From NCBI GenBank assembly GCA_031414515.1, contig JANNVS010000332.1:1-46833 (forward strand): a DNA stretch of 46,833 bases, written 5' to 3'. This DNA comes from Sphingobacteriales bacterium (GTDB taxonomy: Bacteria > Bacteroidota > Bacteroidia > Chitinophagales > JADIYW01). The notes beneath the pieces were generated by a model that saw nothing but the letters and a program-made list of their open reading frames with translations, made no database searches and had not been told where the DNA came from. A program made the translations under genes and the position numbers. Positions 1 through 8,817 of the stretch are shown here, one piece after another. Numbering within the stretch: the stretch's first letter is position 1; every line of letters begins with the position of its first letter.

Positions 1-6
1 AACACC

Positions 7-40
7 TCCCTTAATCCCTCCTCAAGGAGGGAAATTGGGA
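7..40. other. GC-rich imperfect stem-loop at the window edge
   Basis: TCCC-ttaa-TCCCTCC, loop tcaa, GGAGGGA-aatt-GGGA. The inner stem is 7 bp and the outer stem 4 bp, around a 4x4 internal loop. It is the most GC-rich stretch in the 198-nt non-coding leader. No T-tract follows on either strand, so its function (terminator of an off-window gene, or a REP-like element) is unresolved. Confidence 0.3.
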
Positions 41-198
41 TAGTGATTTACTAATCATGCTCCTGAACTTTCTAAGGTTTGCAGGTTACGTTTAATTTCT
101 TTATTTTTTGACTAAAGACAAGAAGATGCATTTAATTCAATTTTTAATAGATTAGTATAATCACAGGCATTTCTTATCTTTAGCCAAAATTTTGTGTA

Positions 199-1425
199 AT
201 GGCTAATGGCAATGACTCGCCTTTAAAGAAAACGTGGATACGATTAAAAAAGAATAAACCGGCTATTGCCAGTTTGATTGTTATTTGTATTGCTATTGTT
301 TTGGCTATTATTGGTCCGAGTATTGCACCTGATAAAACGCCTGATGCGGACGACCAGATTTTAGAACTGGCAAATGTGAGTCCTGGATTTTCTACCAAAA
401 TGTTGCTGGTGCAAAAAAACCGCGAGGAAAAATCACTTTCCATTTTCAGCCGCATTTTTCTCGGTGTAGAAAACCAGAACGAAATGATTCCTATTAATTC
501 GTTTTCGTTTGACGATAGCGCGAATATCGTTTTGCAAAGCTATGAAGGCGAAGGCAGAACATCGCTCATCAAAACATTTCCGATGGTAGATGTGTGTGAA
601 TCGCTATCGAATACCAAACCTGAAATAAAACTGAATGGCGACAAAGCAGTGTTTACGACTTTTGAAGAAAAGCAAAAAACAGTTTCGCTGGCTTCGCTGA
701 AAAAAGAAATAGAAACACAACGTGTAATTACTAAAACGTATCGCTTAGGTACAGATGGCTACGGCAGAGATATTTTGAGCCGCTTGTTATTTGGTGTGCG
801 TGTTTCTTTGTCGGTGGGTTTGGTGGCTGTTTTAATTTCATTAACCATCGGAATTTTTATGGGCAGCGTTGCCGGTTTTTATCGCGGCACTGTCGATAAT
901 ATTATCATGTGGTTCATCAATGTGATTTGGGCAATTCCTACTATATTATTAGCCATGGCCATTCGTTTTGCTATTGGCGATAAAATTCCTTCGTTTCTTG
1001 CTATTTTTATTGCAGTGGGTTTGTCGATGTGGGTGGAAGTGGCGCGTATTGTGCGCGGACAAGTTTTGGGTGTGCGCGAAATGGAATATGTGCAGGCGGC
1101 GCGTGGTTTGGGTTACAATAATGCGCGTATTATCATCAAACATATTTTGCCCAATATTATCGGACCGATTATGGTAATTGCGGCGTCGGATTTTGCATCG
1201 GCTATCTTAATAGAAGCCGGTTTGAGTTTTGTAGGCATTGGTGTGAAACCACCAACGCCAAGTTGGGGCACGATGCTGAACGATCATCGCGCGTATTTAT
1301 TGACACCAGGTAAAGCTTTTTTAGCATTGGCACCAGGAATTTGCATTATGGTTATGGTGTTGGCATTCAACCTTTTAGGAAATGGCTTGCGAGATGCGTT
1401 TGATGTAAAAGGAAAGACGCTGTAA
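199..1425 (+). CDS. ABC transporter permease, Dpp/Opp (OppC/DppC-like) family
   Basis: 408-aa ORF with an ATG start. It has an N-terminal TM helix, a ~130-aa extracytoplasmic insert, then multiple TM segments. The EAA-type permease loop VQAARGLGYNNARIIIKHILPNI is typical of DppC/OppC. No partner permease or ATPase gene is adjacent in the window. Confidence 0.85.
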   Translation: MANGNDSPLKKTWIRLKKNKPAIASLIVICIAIVLAIIGPSIAPDKTPDADDQILELANVSPGFSTKMLLVQKNREEKSLSIFSRIFLGVENQNEMIPINSFSFDDSANIVLQSYEGEGRTSLIKTFPMVDVCESLSNTKPEIKLNGDKAVFTTFEEKQKTVSLASLKKEIETQRVITKTYRLGTDGYGRDILSRLLFGVRVSLSVGLVAVLISLTIGIFMGSVAGFYRGTVDNIIMWFINVIWAIPTILLAMAIRFAIGDKIPSFLAIFIAVGLSMWVEVARIVRGQVLGVREMEYVQAARGLGYNNARIIIKHILPNIIGPIMVIAASDFASAILIEAGLSFVGIGVKPPTPSWGTMLNDHRAYLLTPGKAFLALAPGICIMVMVLAFNLLGNGLRDAFDVKGKTL

Positions 1426-1567
1426 ATCAATCTATTCTAAATCAGCTAATTAGCCTATTTTTTTAAGTAGATTTAGTTATTAATTGTGATTTATTGACTT
1501 AAATTAAATTATTATTGAACTCTAGTGGTAATTCACATGTTTTGTTTGTGTATTCCACTTATATACT

Positions 1568-1575
1568 TATTTTTG
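1568..1575 (+). promoter_or_regulatory. Candidate Bacteroidota sigma-A -7 box (TATTTTTG) upstream of psd
   Basis: Exact match to TAnnTTTG, 72 nt upstream of the psd ATG, inside a 220-nt AT-rich intergenic region. Confidence 0.35.
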
Positions 1576-1646
1576 GTGATAGAATCAGGCATCCTATTTT
1601 GGAGAACAAGAAAGTCACATTAGTGATTTAGCGTAAACAACGGCAA

Positions 1647-2321
1647 ATGAAAAGAACATATATTCATAAAGAAGGATGGAAAATAATATTGACTGTTTTT
1701 TCTACTGTATTAGCGATAAACTTACTAACCAATTTGGTGTTCCACGCAGGCAATACCATAAGTTGGGTAATTTTTGGTTTAACGTTTTCGTTTTTCTGTT
1801 TCGTGACTTACTTTTTCAGAAATCCGAAAAGAAACTTAATTACGGATGACGATAAAATTATTTGTCCTGCTGATGGCAGAGTAGTGGTGATTGAAGAAGT
1901 GTACGAGCCTGAATATTTTGCAGATAAACGTTTACAGGTTTCTGTGTTTATGTCGCCAGCAAATGTGCATGTGAACCGCGCACCGATAAAAGGTGAAGTA
2001 AAATATTCCAAATACCACGATGGAAAATATCTGGTTGCCTGGCATCCGAAATCTTCTACTGAAAATGAACGAACTTCTTTGGTTATTGATAATGGTAGCG
2101 TGGATGTTTTGGTAAGACAAATTGCAGGAAAAGTTGCGCGCAGAATTGTTTACTATTTAGAAGAAGGCGACAGTATTGAGCAAGGTGCAGATTTTGGTTT
2201 TATCAAATTTGGTTCTCGCGTAGATATGTTTTTACCTTTAGATACTAAAATAAATGTTCTGCTTAATCAGAAAGTAAAAGGTGGTATTACGGTTATTGGT
2301 GAATTGCCTATTCTTCAATAA
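1647..2321 (+). CDS. psd: Phosphatidylserine decarboxylase proenzyme (short form)
   Basis: 224-aa ORF with N-terminal TM segments. It carries the QIAGKVARRI block and the FGSRVD Gly-Ser self-cleavage/pyruvoyl site near the C-terminus, as in PSD family proteins. Confidence 0.85.
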   Translation: MKRTYIHKEGWKIILTVFSTVLAINLLTNLVFHAGNTISWVIFGLTFSFFCFVTYFFRNPKRNLITDDDKIICPADGRVVVIEEVYEPEYFADKRLQVSVFMSPANVHVNRAPIKGEVKYSKYHDGKYLVAWHPKSSTENERTSLVIDNGSVDVLVRQIAGKVARRIVYYLEEGDSIEQGADFGFIKFGSRVDMFLPLDTKINVLLNQKVKGGITVIGELPILQ

Positions 2322-2346
2322 ACAGAGTTTTCTTGTTTCTAAATTA

Positions 2347-3786
2347 CTATCGGAGTTTATACAAAGTATATCCATTAAAAAAGCCAATACTGTCGTTTAA
2401 ATAAGTTTTTAACGATTCCTTTTGTTTCCAGTTTTCATTTCCAAGTATCAGAAAATCTGCCTGTTTATTTCTTAAGACAGTTCTGTAATTATTGAATTCG
2501 GTATATCCTTTTCGCTTAATTAGCGATAGAGTTTTATTTGGCGAATCGTCTGGCAATGAAAGTATAATATTGTTTTTTCCGACATTATTTGTGAGTAAAA
2601 AATTCTGCATTTCATTTGAAGATAAATATCCATTATATAAATTGTCGGTGAGTTTTTCTGCAACAAATACTTTACAGAAAATTAGATTCGGAATCAACAA
2701 TAAAAAGATGGCTGTATGTGTAAATACATTTTCTGCGTGAAAAAAATTATACGTTTTTAAAATGCCAATGATGGCAAATAAAAAGAAAATAAAAAACGGC
2801 ACGTAATAATATTCATGTCCTATCAGCTTCTGATAAAACAAAATAATATACGCCGACACTATTGCAAAACTTGTTGTAATTACAATGCGTAATTCTGCAT
2901 CTAATTTTTTTCGATGTTTGAATACATAATAACAGGAAAGAATTAATAAAATAGAAGTTGGTCGCCAGAAATAATTTTTACTGAGCGAAACGACCATGCG
3001 CCAAATGCCTAAACCAATATCTTGCAGCTCTACTTTCCAGATTGGAAAAACGCTTAAGAAATAGTAGTGATCGTAGTTTTGATGGTTGTATTGCTTGGCA
3101 TAGAAATACCAGGAAAAGATAATCAGTCCACAGGCGATAGTCCATAGAATAGATAATCTAAAAATTAGTTTTTTGGTTTTAAGATTGATTAAAAAAAAAA
3201 AGACGATTGCCAGATTTATCATCTGACTTGCTTTTAATAAACCTGCAAATGCGAAACATAAGAATGCAATTGACAGCCAAAATAAATTTTCCTTTTTATA
3301 GGCATTTAAAAAGATTGCCCAGCCAATAAATGCAAAACTCAATGCTGGCACATCGCTTAAAAAATTATTGCCATAAAAAACTAATAATGGCGAAGTAAAT
3401 AATAATAAGCTGCAAACAATAGAAAGAAATCTTCTTTGTAAAAAATAGAATGCAATAAAATAAGTTGCTAAAATTCCTGTGAAGAAAACAATAGTATGAA
3501 CTAATCTCAAAATAAATGCTGCATTTTTAAATTGTGCTGCGATAAAATAAAATACAGGAAACTCGCCGACAACTTTTCCATTGAGAGATTGTAGATTATA
3601 TGTTGCTGGATTCCAAAAGGAAAGATGAAATTGCTGATAATTTTGTGTCATAGCCATACAATCTGCTTGTCGCCATAAGTGTGAGCCTTGAGGCAACAAA
3701 TGAAACATTGACGGATAACTATAAAAAAGACTGATAACCAAAATGGCTATTAGTAAAATAAATAAACCTATGAATGTTTGTTTCAC
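2347..3786 (-). CDS. Polytopic membrane protein, GT-C / ArnT-PMT-like glycosyltransferase architecture
   Basis: 479-aa ORF with a GTG start. About 10-12 hydrophobic helices are followed by a ~110-aa soluble C-terminal domain. The family assignment rests on architecture only. The gene contains an 11-nt homopolymer (3191-3201). Confidence 0.55.
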   Translation of the reverse strand: MKQTFIGLFILLIAILVISLFYSYPSMFHLLPQGSHLWRQADCMAMTQNYQQFHLSFWNPATYNLQSLNGKVVGEFPVFYFIAAQFKNAAFILRLVHTIVFFTGILATYFIAFYFLQRRFLSIVCSLLLFTSPLLVFYGNNFLSDVPALSFAFIGWAIFLNAYKKENLFWLSIAFLCFAFAGLLKASQMINLAIVFFFLINLKTKKLIFRLSILWTIACGLIIFSWYFYAKQYNHQNYDHYYFLSVFPIWKVELQDIGLGIWRMVVSLSKNYFWRPTSILLILSCYYVFKHRKKLDAELRIVITTSFAIVSAYIILFYQKLIGHEYYYVPFFIFFLFAIIGILKTYNFFHAENVFTHTAIFLLLIPNLIFCKVFVAEKLTDNLYNGYLSSNEMQNFLLTNNVGKNNIILSLPDDSPNKTLSLIKRKGYTEFNNYRTVLRNKQADFLILGNENWKQKESLKTYLNDSIGFFNGYTLYKLR

Positions 3787-3880
3787 GAATTAAAAATACG
3801 AGAATAAATTTGGATATTTTTTGAGAAGTTTTCTTAGAATTTAACAGATCTCTCACTTCGTTCGAGATGACATGTTACTA

Positions 3881-5074
3881 TTATTTATCGATTACCTCTA
3901 TTTGTTTTTCCTTAGTGGCAATAATTTGCGGACTGCCTTTGTATTCACCTATTCTGCCTTTTACGCAAATAGTTTTTCCTTGTAGAAATTCTTCTGGTTT
4001 GTATGAGAAATTTTGTCTGTCTTGTCCAAAAATCATCAAGGTGAAAACATGTTCAGGATATTTTTTATCTAAGTTGATATACGTTGGATTGGTTTTGCCA
4101 TTTTCATTAAATTTTGTGCTGACTACTTTTCCGCACACGCAGGTTTCCTTTCCTACGTAATCTTTTACTTGCGTGGTATTTATTTTTCCTTTGCCAAAAT
4201 CTTTTGCGGTAAATTTTGATTCTTGCTGATGTTTAAAATATGTGGAATCAAATAATAGTATATCGCTTTCTGCTTCTAATTTATTTTCAACTGCGTCTTC
4301 TATTTTTGGAAAAAAGTCAATACCTGTAAGCGTTTCAATACTATCAATCGAAATAATATGGTTGTCCAATTCGTACGGCACATTTTTATTTGGATATAAA
4401 AACGCAATAGCTTTATAAGTTGGTGGATAATAATCAACTACAATTTTATACAGATATTCAGGAATGGAAACTTTGAAAGAACCTTGCGGAATTTTTTGTA
4501 AATCGTTTTTTAAAACTGGACCAGTTATTACGATTAGTTCAGTATTGTCGATTGCCCATTCGCGTACTTGCATTTCTAATTTGTTCCATGCACCTTGATT
4601 GAGTTCATGATTTTGAGGAATGATGTTTGAGTAGAAATAGGATTCACTCAATGCTTTACGATTCCATTTAAAATCAGCGGAAGCTGCCATGTGTCCTCTG
4701 TCGAATCCACTATTCCAGTAATCCACAGAGTCAGACATATTTTGTTTTATAAATGGGTCGGCACGAAAATCATTGCTGCGCTTTTGAGTGCCAAATAAAA
4801 TATCTTTCAAAATTACATGAACAACATAATTAGGCTGCCGATGGACTGGATTATAGCTGGAAGTGAAAGCAACATGCTTCACCAGTTGTTCATTCGGAAT
4901 AGGTGCAGCTAAACCAACAGAATCAATTAATTTTTGGATATGGATTAATTTCGAGGTCTCAATATCTTTGAAAATATCTTTTTGTAACTGATAAGAAATA
5001 GAATCCTGACAGAAGGAATAAGAGATGCAAAAGCAGAAAGCCAGAAACTGAGTTATTTTTAAATATGCATTCAT
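3881..5074 (-). CDS. Secreted DNA/RNA non-specific endonuclease (NucA/Endonuclease_NS family) with a C-terminal OB-fold-like domain
   Basis: 397-aa ORF with an N-terminal signal peptide (MNAYLKITQFLAFCFCISYSFC). It has the catalytic DRGH motif (GFDRGHMAASADF) and a downstream N...Q/NQGAWN block. The C-terminal ~90 aa (GKETCVCGKVV...ICVKGRIGEYKGSPQI) resembles OB-fold nucleic-acid-binding modules. Confidence 0.85.
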   Translation of the reverse strand: MNAYLKITQFLAFCFCISYSFCQDSISYQLQKDIFKDIETSKLIHIQKLIDSVGLAAPIPNEQLVKHVAFTSSYNPVHRQPNYVVHVILKDILFGTQKRSNDFRADPFIKQNMSDSVDYWNSGFDRGHMAASADFKWNRKALSESYFYSNIIPQNHELNQGAWNKLEMQVREWAIDNTELIVITGPVLKNDLQKIPQGSFKVSIPEYLYKIVVDYYPPTYKAIAFLYPNKNVPYELDNHIISIDSIETLTGIDFFPKIEDAVENKLEAESDILLFDSTYFKHQQESKFTAKDFGKGKINTTQVKDYVGKETCVCGKVVSTKFNENGKTNPTYINLDKKYPEHVFTLMIFGQDRQNFSYKPEEFLQGKTICVKGRIGEYKGSPQIIATKEKQIEVIDK

Positions 5075-5147
5075 ATTAACACTTAAAAATACAAAAGATT
5101 TTTTACTTTCTGTTTGTTGACTGATATAAGAACAAAATAGCGTTTAT

Positions 5148-5179
5148 AAAAAACGAGCCATTTTTTTGGCTCGTTTTTT
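5148..5179. terminator. Bidirectional intrinsic terminator
   Basis: AAAAAA-CGAGCCA-tttttt-TGGCTCG-TTTTTT. A 7-bp GC-containing stem is flanked by an A-run and a T-run. It lies 20 nt downstream of the stop of the minus-strand acyl-CoA synthetase gene. Confidence 0.65.
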
Positions 5180-5199
5180 ATGCTTTATTTATTTGTTTC

Positions 5200-6963
5200 T
5201 TAATCGTTATAAATAGATTCAATTTCTTTTTGATAACGCTCATTAATCACTTTGCGTTTTATTTTCATTGTTGGAGTTAGTTCGCCTGACTCAGGTGTCC
5301 ATTCATTCAGTAATAATTTGAATTTTTTAATTTGTTCTATATGACTAAAATTTGGATTTATTTCATCTATAATACTTTGAAATTTAGCAACTATTGTAGG
5401 ATTTGCAACTAAGTCATTTCTATTAGAGAACGTAATATTATTTTCGCTTGCAAATTGTTCTAGAACAGTAAAGGCTGGAACTACCAATGCAGAAACAAAT
5501 TTCTTGCTTTCACCAATTACCATAAATTGTTCTATAAAGAAATTTTCTCTGAACTTGCTTTCAATAGGTGCAGGTGCCACGTATTTTCCACCAGAAGTTT
5601 TTAGTAATTCTTTTTTTCTATCTGTGATTTTTAAGAATTTATTACCCGCATTATTTGTTACAAAAGTACCTACGTCACCAGTGCTAAACCAACCGTCTTC
5701 TGTTAATACTTCATGTGTTTTTTCGGGTTCCTTATAGTAGCCAATCATTATATTTGGACCTTTAGCTAATATTTCTCCATCTTCTGCTATTTTTATTTCT
5801 ACATCTTTTATAGGCATACCTACTGTTCCTAACATGGCACCGCCTTCGGTAAATCTATTAAAGGTTAAAACAGGAGAAGTTTCTGTCAAACCATAGCCTT
5901 CACGAATAGGAATTCCAGCTGCAGAAAATACGCGAGCCATTTTCAACGGACAAGCAGCAGAACCTGTGACAATTCCCATAATTCTTCCACCTAAGCCTTC
6001 ACGCCATTTTGAGAAAATTAATTTGTCTGCAATTTTAAAAGCGAAAGATGGTTTTTGATCGTAATCATATTTATCAGCCAATTCCAAAGCCCAGAAAAAT
6101 AATTTCTTTTTGATACCTGTTAATGCCAGACCTTTATTAACAATGCCTTCGTATACTTTTTCCAATAATCTTGGAACCGTTGTGAAAAAATGTGGACGAA
6201 CTGTGCCAAGTTTTTCTTTCAAAGTATCAATATCTGTATAATATACATTTGCACCTGCATGTAAGTATGTATAGATAACCATTCTTTCAAAAATATGGCA
6301 AAGCGGTAAAAAACTTAAAGCAGTATGACCAGCACTGATTGGTAACTCGGCTCTAACAAGTAAAACATTGGAAACAATATTATGGTGCGATAACATTACG
6401 CCTTTTGGTGTGCCTGTTGTACCTGAAGTGTAAATTAAGGTAGCCAAATCATTTGGGTCAATGGTGTCAGTTATAGCTTTAATGTCGGCAATATTTCCAC
6501 CTTCACCTAGTTTCATAATCTCACTATAATTATGAGCGTTTTCCACTTGGTCAAATGTATATACTTCTTGTAATGAAGGAACGGTCGCAATTAGGTTTTT
6601 TACTTTATCATAAAGTTTTGCATCTGAAACGATACAGATTTTAGCTTCAGCATGATTAAGTATGTACTCGTAATCTTTTTCACTTATAGTAGGATATAAT
6701 GGAACATTGATAGCTCCAATTTGTCCGATACCTTGGTCGCAAACATTCCATTCGGTACGATTAGAAGTCGTCACCACCGCTACTTTGTCTCCTTTTTGAA
6801 TTCCAAGTTTTAGTAGACCTAGACTCATGTTATTAGACATGTTTATTAAATCGTCTGTGCTGACTTTCCACCAAATACCATCTTTCATAGTAGCAACTGC
6901 TACCTGTTGTGGATGATTTTGTTTTTGATAATATAAAACGTCAAATAATCTTTTAACCTCCAT
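5200..6963 (-). CDS. Long-chain fatty acid--CoA ligase (AMP-dependent synthetase/ligase)
   Basis: AMP-binding signature IYTSGTTGTPKGVMLSHHNIV, plus TGDVG and KITDRKKELLKTSGGKYVAPAPIE blocks. The ORF track starts at a GTG (6969). The ATG at 6963 gives MEVKRLFD, which aligns with the MSYTRIFD start of the upstream paralog. Confidence 0.85.
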   Translation of the reverse strand: MEVKRLFDVLYYQKQNHPQQVAVATMKDGIWWKVSTDDLINMSNNMSLGLLKLGIQKGDKVAVVTTSNRTEWNVCDQGIGQIGAINVPLYPTISEKDYEYILNHAEAKICIVSDAKLYDKVKNLIATVPSLQEVYTFDQVENAHNYSEIMKLGEGGNIADIKAITDTIDPNDLATLIYTSGTTGTPKGVMLSHHNIVSNVLLVRAELPISAGHTALSFLPLCHIFERMVIYTYLHAGANVYYTDIDTLKEKLGTVRPHFFTTVPRLLEKVYEGIVNKGLALTGIKKKLFFWALELADKYDYDQKPSFAFKIADKLIFSKWREGLGGRIMGIVTGSAACPLKMARVFSAAGIPIREGYGLTETSPVLTFNRFTEGGAMLGTVGMPIKDVEIKIAEDGEILAKGPNIMIGYYKEPEKTHEVLTEDGWFSTGDVGTFVTNNAGNKFLKITDRKKELLKTSGGKYVAPAPIESKFRENFFIEQFMVIGESKKFVSALVVPAFTVLEQFASENNITFSNRNDLVANPTIVAKFQSIIDEINPNFSHIEQIKKFKLLLNEWTPESGELTPTMKIKRKVINERYQKEIESIYND

Positions 6964-6965
6964 TT

Positions 6966-8759
6966 TCACGAAATTTTATTGTAAAAAGTATCTATTAAGT
7001 CTTTGTATTTTTCTTTAATAATTTTTCTGCGTAATTTCATTGTAGCTGTTAGTAGTCCATTTTCCACCGTCCATTCGTCAGCTAGCAGTTCAAATTGTTT
7101 AATTTGTTCTACTTTTCCAAAGTTAACATTAAAATCCGAAATTATATCCTTGAAAAGCTGTTTCACCTTCTGGTTATGAATAAGCTCAATATTAGAAACA
7201 TAGGAGATTTCATTTTTTATAGACCATTCTTTCAGGTTTTCAAACTCAGGGATAATTAATGCAGAGATATATTTTTCACCATCGCCTTCTAACGCAATTT
7301 GGTCTATGTAAACGGATTCTTTTAATTTATTTTCAATTGGAGCAGGCGCTACGTATTTACCACCAGAGGTTTTAAATAACTCTTTTTTACGGTCTGTAAT
7401 TTTAAGAAATCCATCTGCTGAAAATTCTCCAATGTCTCCAGTCAGCAACCAGCCATCTACATCAAATACTTTTTGGGTTTCAGTTACATCTTTGTAATAA
7501 CCAAGCATTACATTTGGTGCTTTAATAAGAATCTCGCCATCTTCTGCGATTTTTGCCTGTACACTTGATAGCAATTTTCCTACTGAACCAGCTCTAAAAT
7601 CTTTTTGCTTAAATGGAACTACGCTTACTACTGGCGAACATTCAGTTAGTCCATATCCTTCTAAAACAGGTATTCCAGCATTTGTAAATATTGTAGCCAA
7701 CCTTGGTTGTAGTGGTGCCGAACCACAAATTATGGCCTTGATTCTGCCACCGAGTGCTTCTCGCCATTTGCTGAAAACAAAATTATTTGCTACAGCCAGA
7801 TTCGAGGTTTCTGTAAATGTCCTTATTTTTCCTAATTCTGTATTCTGCGCTTGTTTTACTGACCAAGTAAATAATTGTTTTTTAAAACCTGTAAGCGCAT
7901 TACCTTTTTTGATAATTTTCTCAAAAACTCTTTCTAATAGACGTGGAACTGTAGTAAAATAATGTGGCTTTATATCTTGTAGGTGTTCAGAAATAGTTTC
8001 TAAGCCATCTGAATAATAGACTGAGACACAAGCAGCAAAATATACATAGTTTATTGTGCGTTCAAAGACATGACTCAATGGCAAAAAACTCAATACGATT
8101 TCATTTTTCTGTAGAGGAATGGCTAATAGGCAATCTTTTACGTTGGTTACAATATTATGGTGTGACAACATTACTCCTTTAGGCGTGCCTGTGGTGCCAG
8201 ATGTATATATGATTGTCGCTAAATCGCTTGGTTGTATTGATTCTTTAATTTGTGCAAGTTGTTTTGAAAGTAGTACGTCATCTACCATCAATTCCTTCCA
8301 GTTCTTTATATTCTCTACCTCATCAAAGCTGAAAACTCCTTTTAAGCTTGGTATATTTGGAATGATTTGTGAAATCTTACGATACATGAGTTTGTCGGAA
8401 ACAAATACATATTTAACTTCTGAATGGTTGAAAATGAATTCATATTCTTTACTGCTTATAGTCGGATAAACAGGAATATCTACAACACCAATTTGCATAC
8501 AAGCCAAATCTATAAAGTGCCATTCAGGCCGATTGGTAGTAGAGATAATTGCAACAGTATCACCTTTTTGTAATCCTATTTGAAGTAATCCTTGACTTAC
8601 TTTATTGGCTGTAGAAATAAAATCATGCGTAGAATGACTAGTCCATGATTTTTTTAATTGCTTACCTTCAGGTGGGTCTTCTCTTCTAGATAAGCACTTG
8701 TCCAGTGGACATGTGTTAAGTTGGAATTCTATAATATCAAAAATTCGAGTATAGGACAC
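6966..8759 (-). CDS. Long-chain fatty acid--CoA ligase (paralog of the downstream gene)
   Basis: 597-aa ORF with a GTG start. The IYTSGTTGTPKGVMLSHHNIV AMP-binding motif is identical to the paralog's, and TGDIG and KITDRKKELFKTSGGKYVAPAPIE blocks are present. It is collinear with the 5200-6963 product. Confidence 0.85.
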   Translation of the reverse strand: MSYTRIFDIIEFQLNTCPLDKCLSRREDPPEGKQLKKSWTSHSTHDFISTANKVSQGLLQIGLQKGDTVAIISTTNRPEWHFIDLACMQIGVVDIPVYPTISSKEYEFIFNHSEVKYVFVSDKLMYRKISQIIPNIPSLKGVFSFDEVENIKNWKELMVDDVLLSKQLAQIKESIQPSDLATIIYTSGTTGTPKGVMLSHHNIVTNVKDCLLAIPLQKNEIVLSFLPLSHVFERTINYVYFAACVSVYYSDGLETISEHLQDIKPHYFTTVPRLLERVFEKIIKKGNALTGFKKQLFTWSVKQAQNTELGKIRTFTETSNLAVANNFVFSKWREALGGRIKAIICGSAPLQPRLATIFTNAGIPVLEGYGLTECSPVVSVVPFKQKDFRAGSVGKLLSSVQAKIAEDGEILIKAPNVMLGYYKDVTETQKVFDVDGWLLTGDIGEFSADGFLKITDRKKELFKTSGGKYVAPAPIENKLKESVYIDQIALEGDGEKYISALIIPEFENLKEWSIKNEISYVSNIELIHNQKVKQLFKDIISDFNVNFGKVEQIKQFELLADEWTVENGLLTATMKLRRKIIKEKYKDLIDTFYNKIS

Positions 8760-8781
8760 TTTTTAAAGAAAATGTGAACTT

Positions 8782-8789
8782 CAAAATTA
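8782..8789 (-). promoter_or_regulatory. Candidate -7 box (TAATTTTG on the minus strand) for the acyl-CoA synthetase pair
   Basis: The plus strand reads CAAAATTA, which is TAnnTTTG on the minus strand. It lies 22 nt upstream of the GTG start at 8759. Confidence 0.3.
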
Positions 8790-8817
8790 AAAAATTAAAT
8801 TCGTTGTACAATCAATT

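Noticed and set aside
1-12. The window begins AACACCTCC, which resembles the conserved 3' end of 16S rRNA (..GAACACCTCCTT).
   Set aside because: It is only a 9-nt match. It is followed by AT-rich non-coding DNA and a protein gene, not by an ITS with tRNA genes and 23S. The neighbouring CCTCC/GGAGG copies instead form a local hairpin (7-40).
1437-1476. Hairpin CTAAATC-N26-GATTTAG enclosing the palindrome GCTAATTAGC followed by T7, as a possible terminator of the permease gene.
   Set aside because: The stems are short and AT-rich, with a very large loop. The inner palindrome has no loop. It is too weak to call as an intrinsic terminator.
1537-1623. A 28-codon hydrophobic small ORF (MFCLCIPLIYLFLVIESGILFWRTRKSH) lies in the 220-nt region upstream of psd.
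   Set aside because: It starts upstream of the best candidate psd promoter box (1568-1575). It lies in T-rich DNA, where Phe/Leu/Ile-rich ORFs arise by chance, and I have no conservation evidence.
199-2321. The first two genes (permease, psd) appear more GC- and CGCG-rich than the rest of the window, which could hint at foreign origin.
   Set aside because: I could not quantify this without computation. CGCG-containing codons also occur in the helicase and other genes, and both genes are ordinary core functions.
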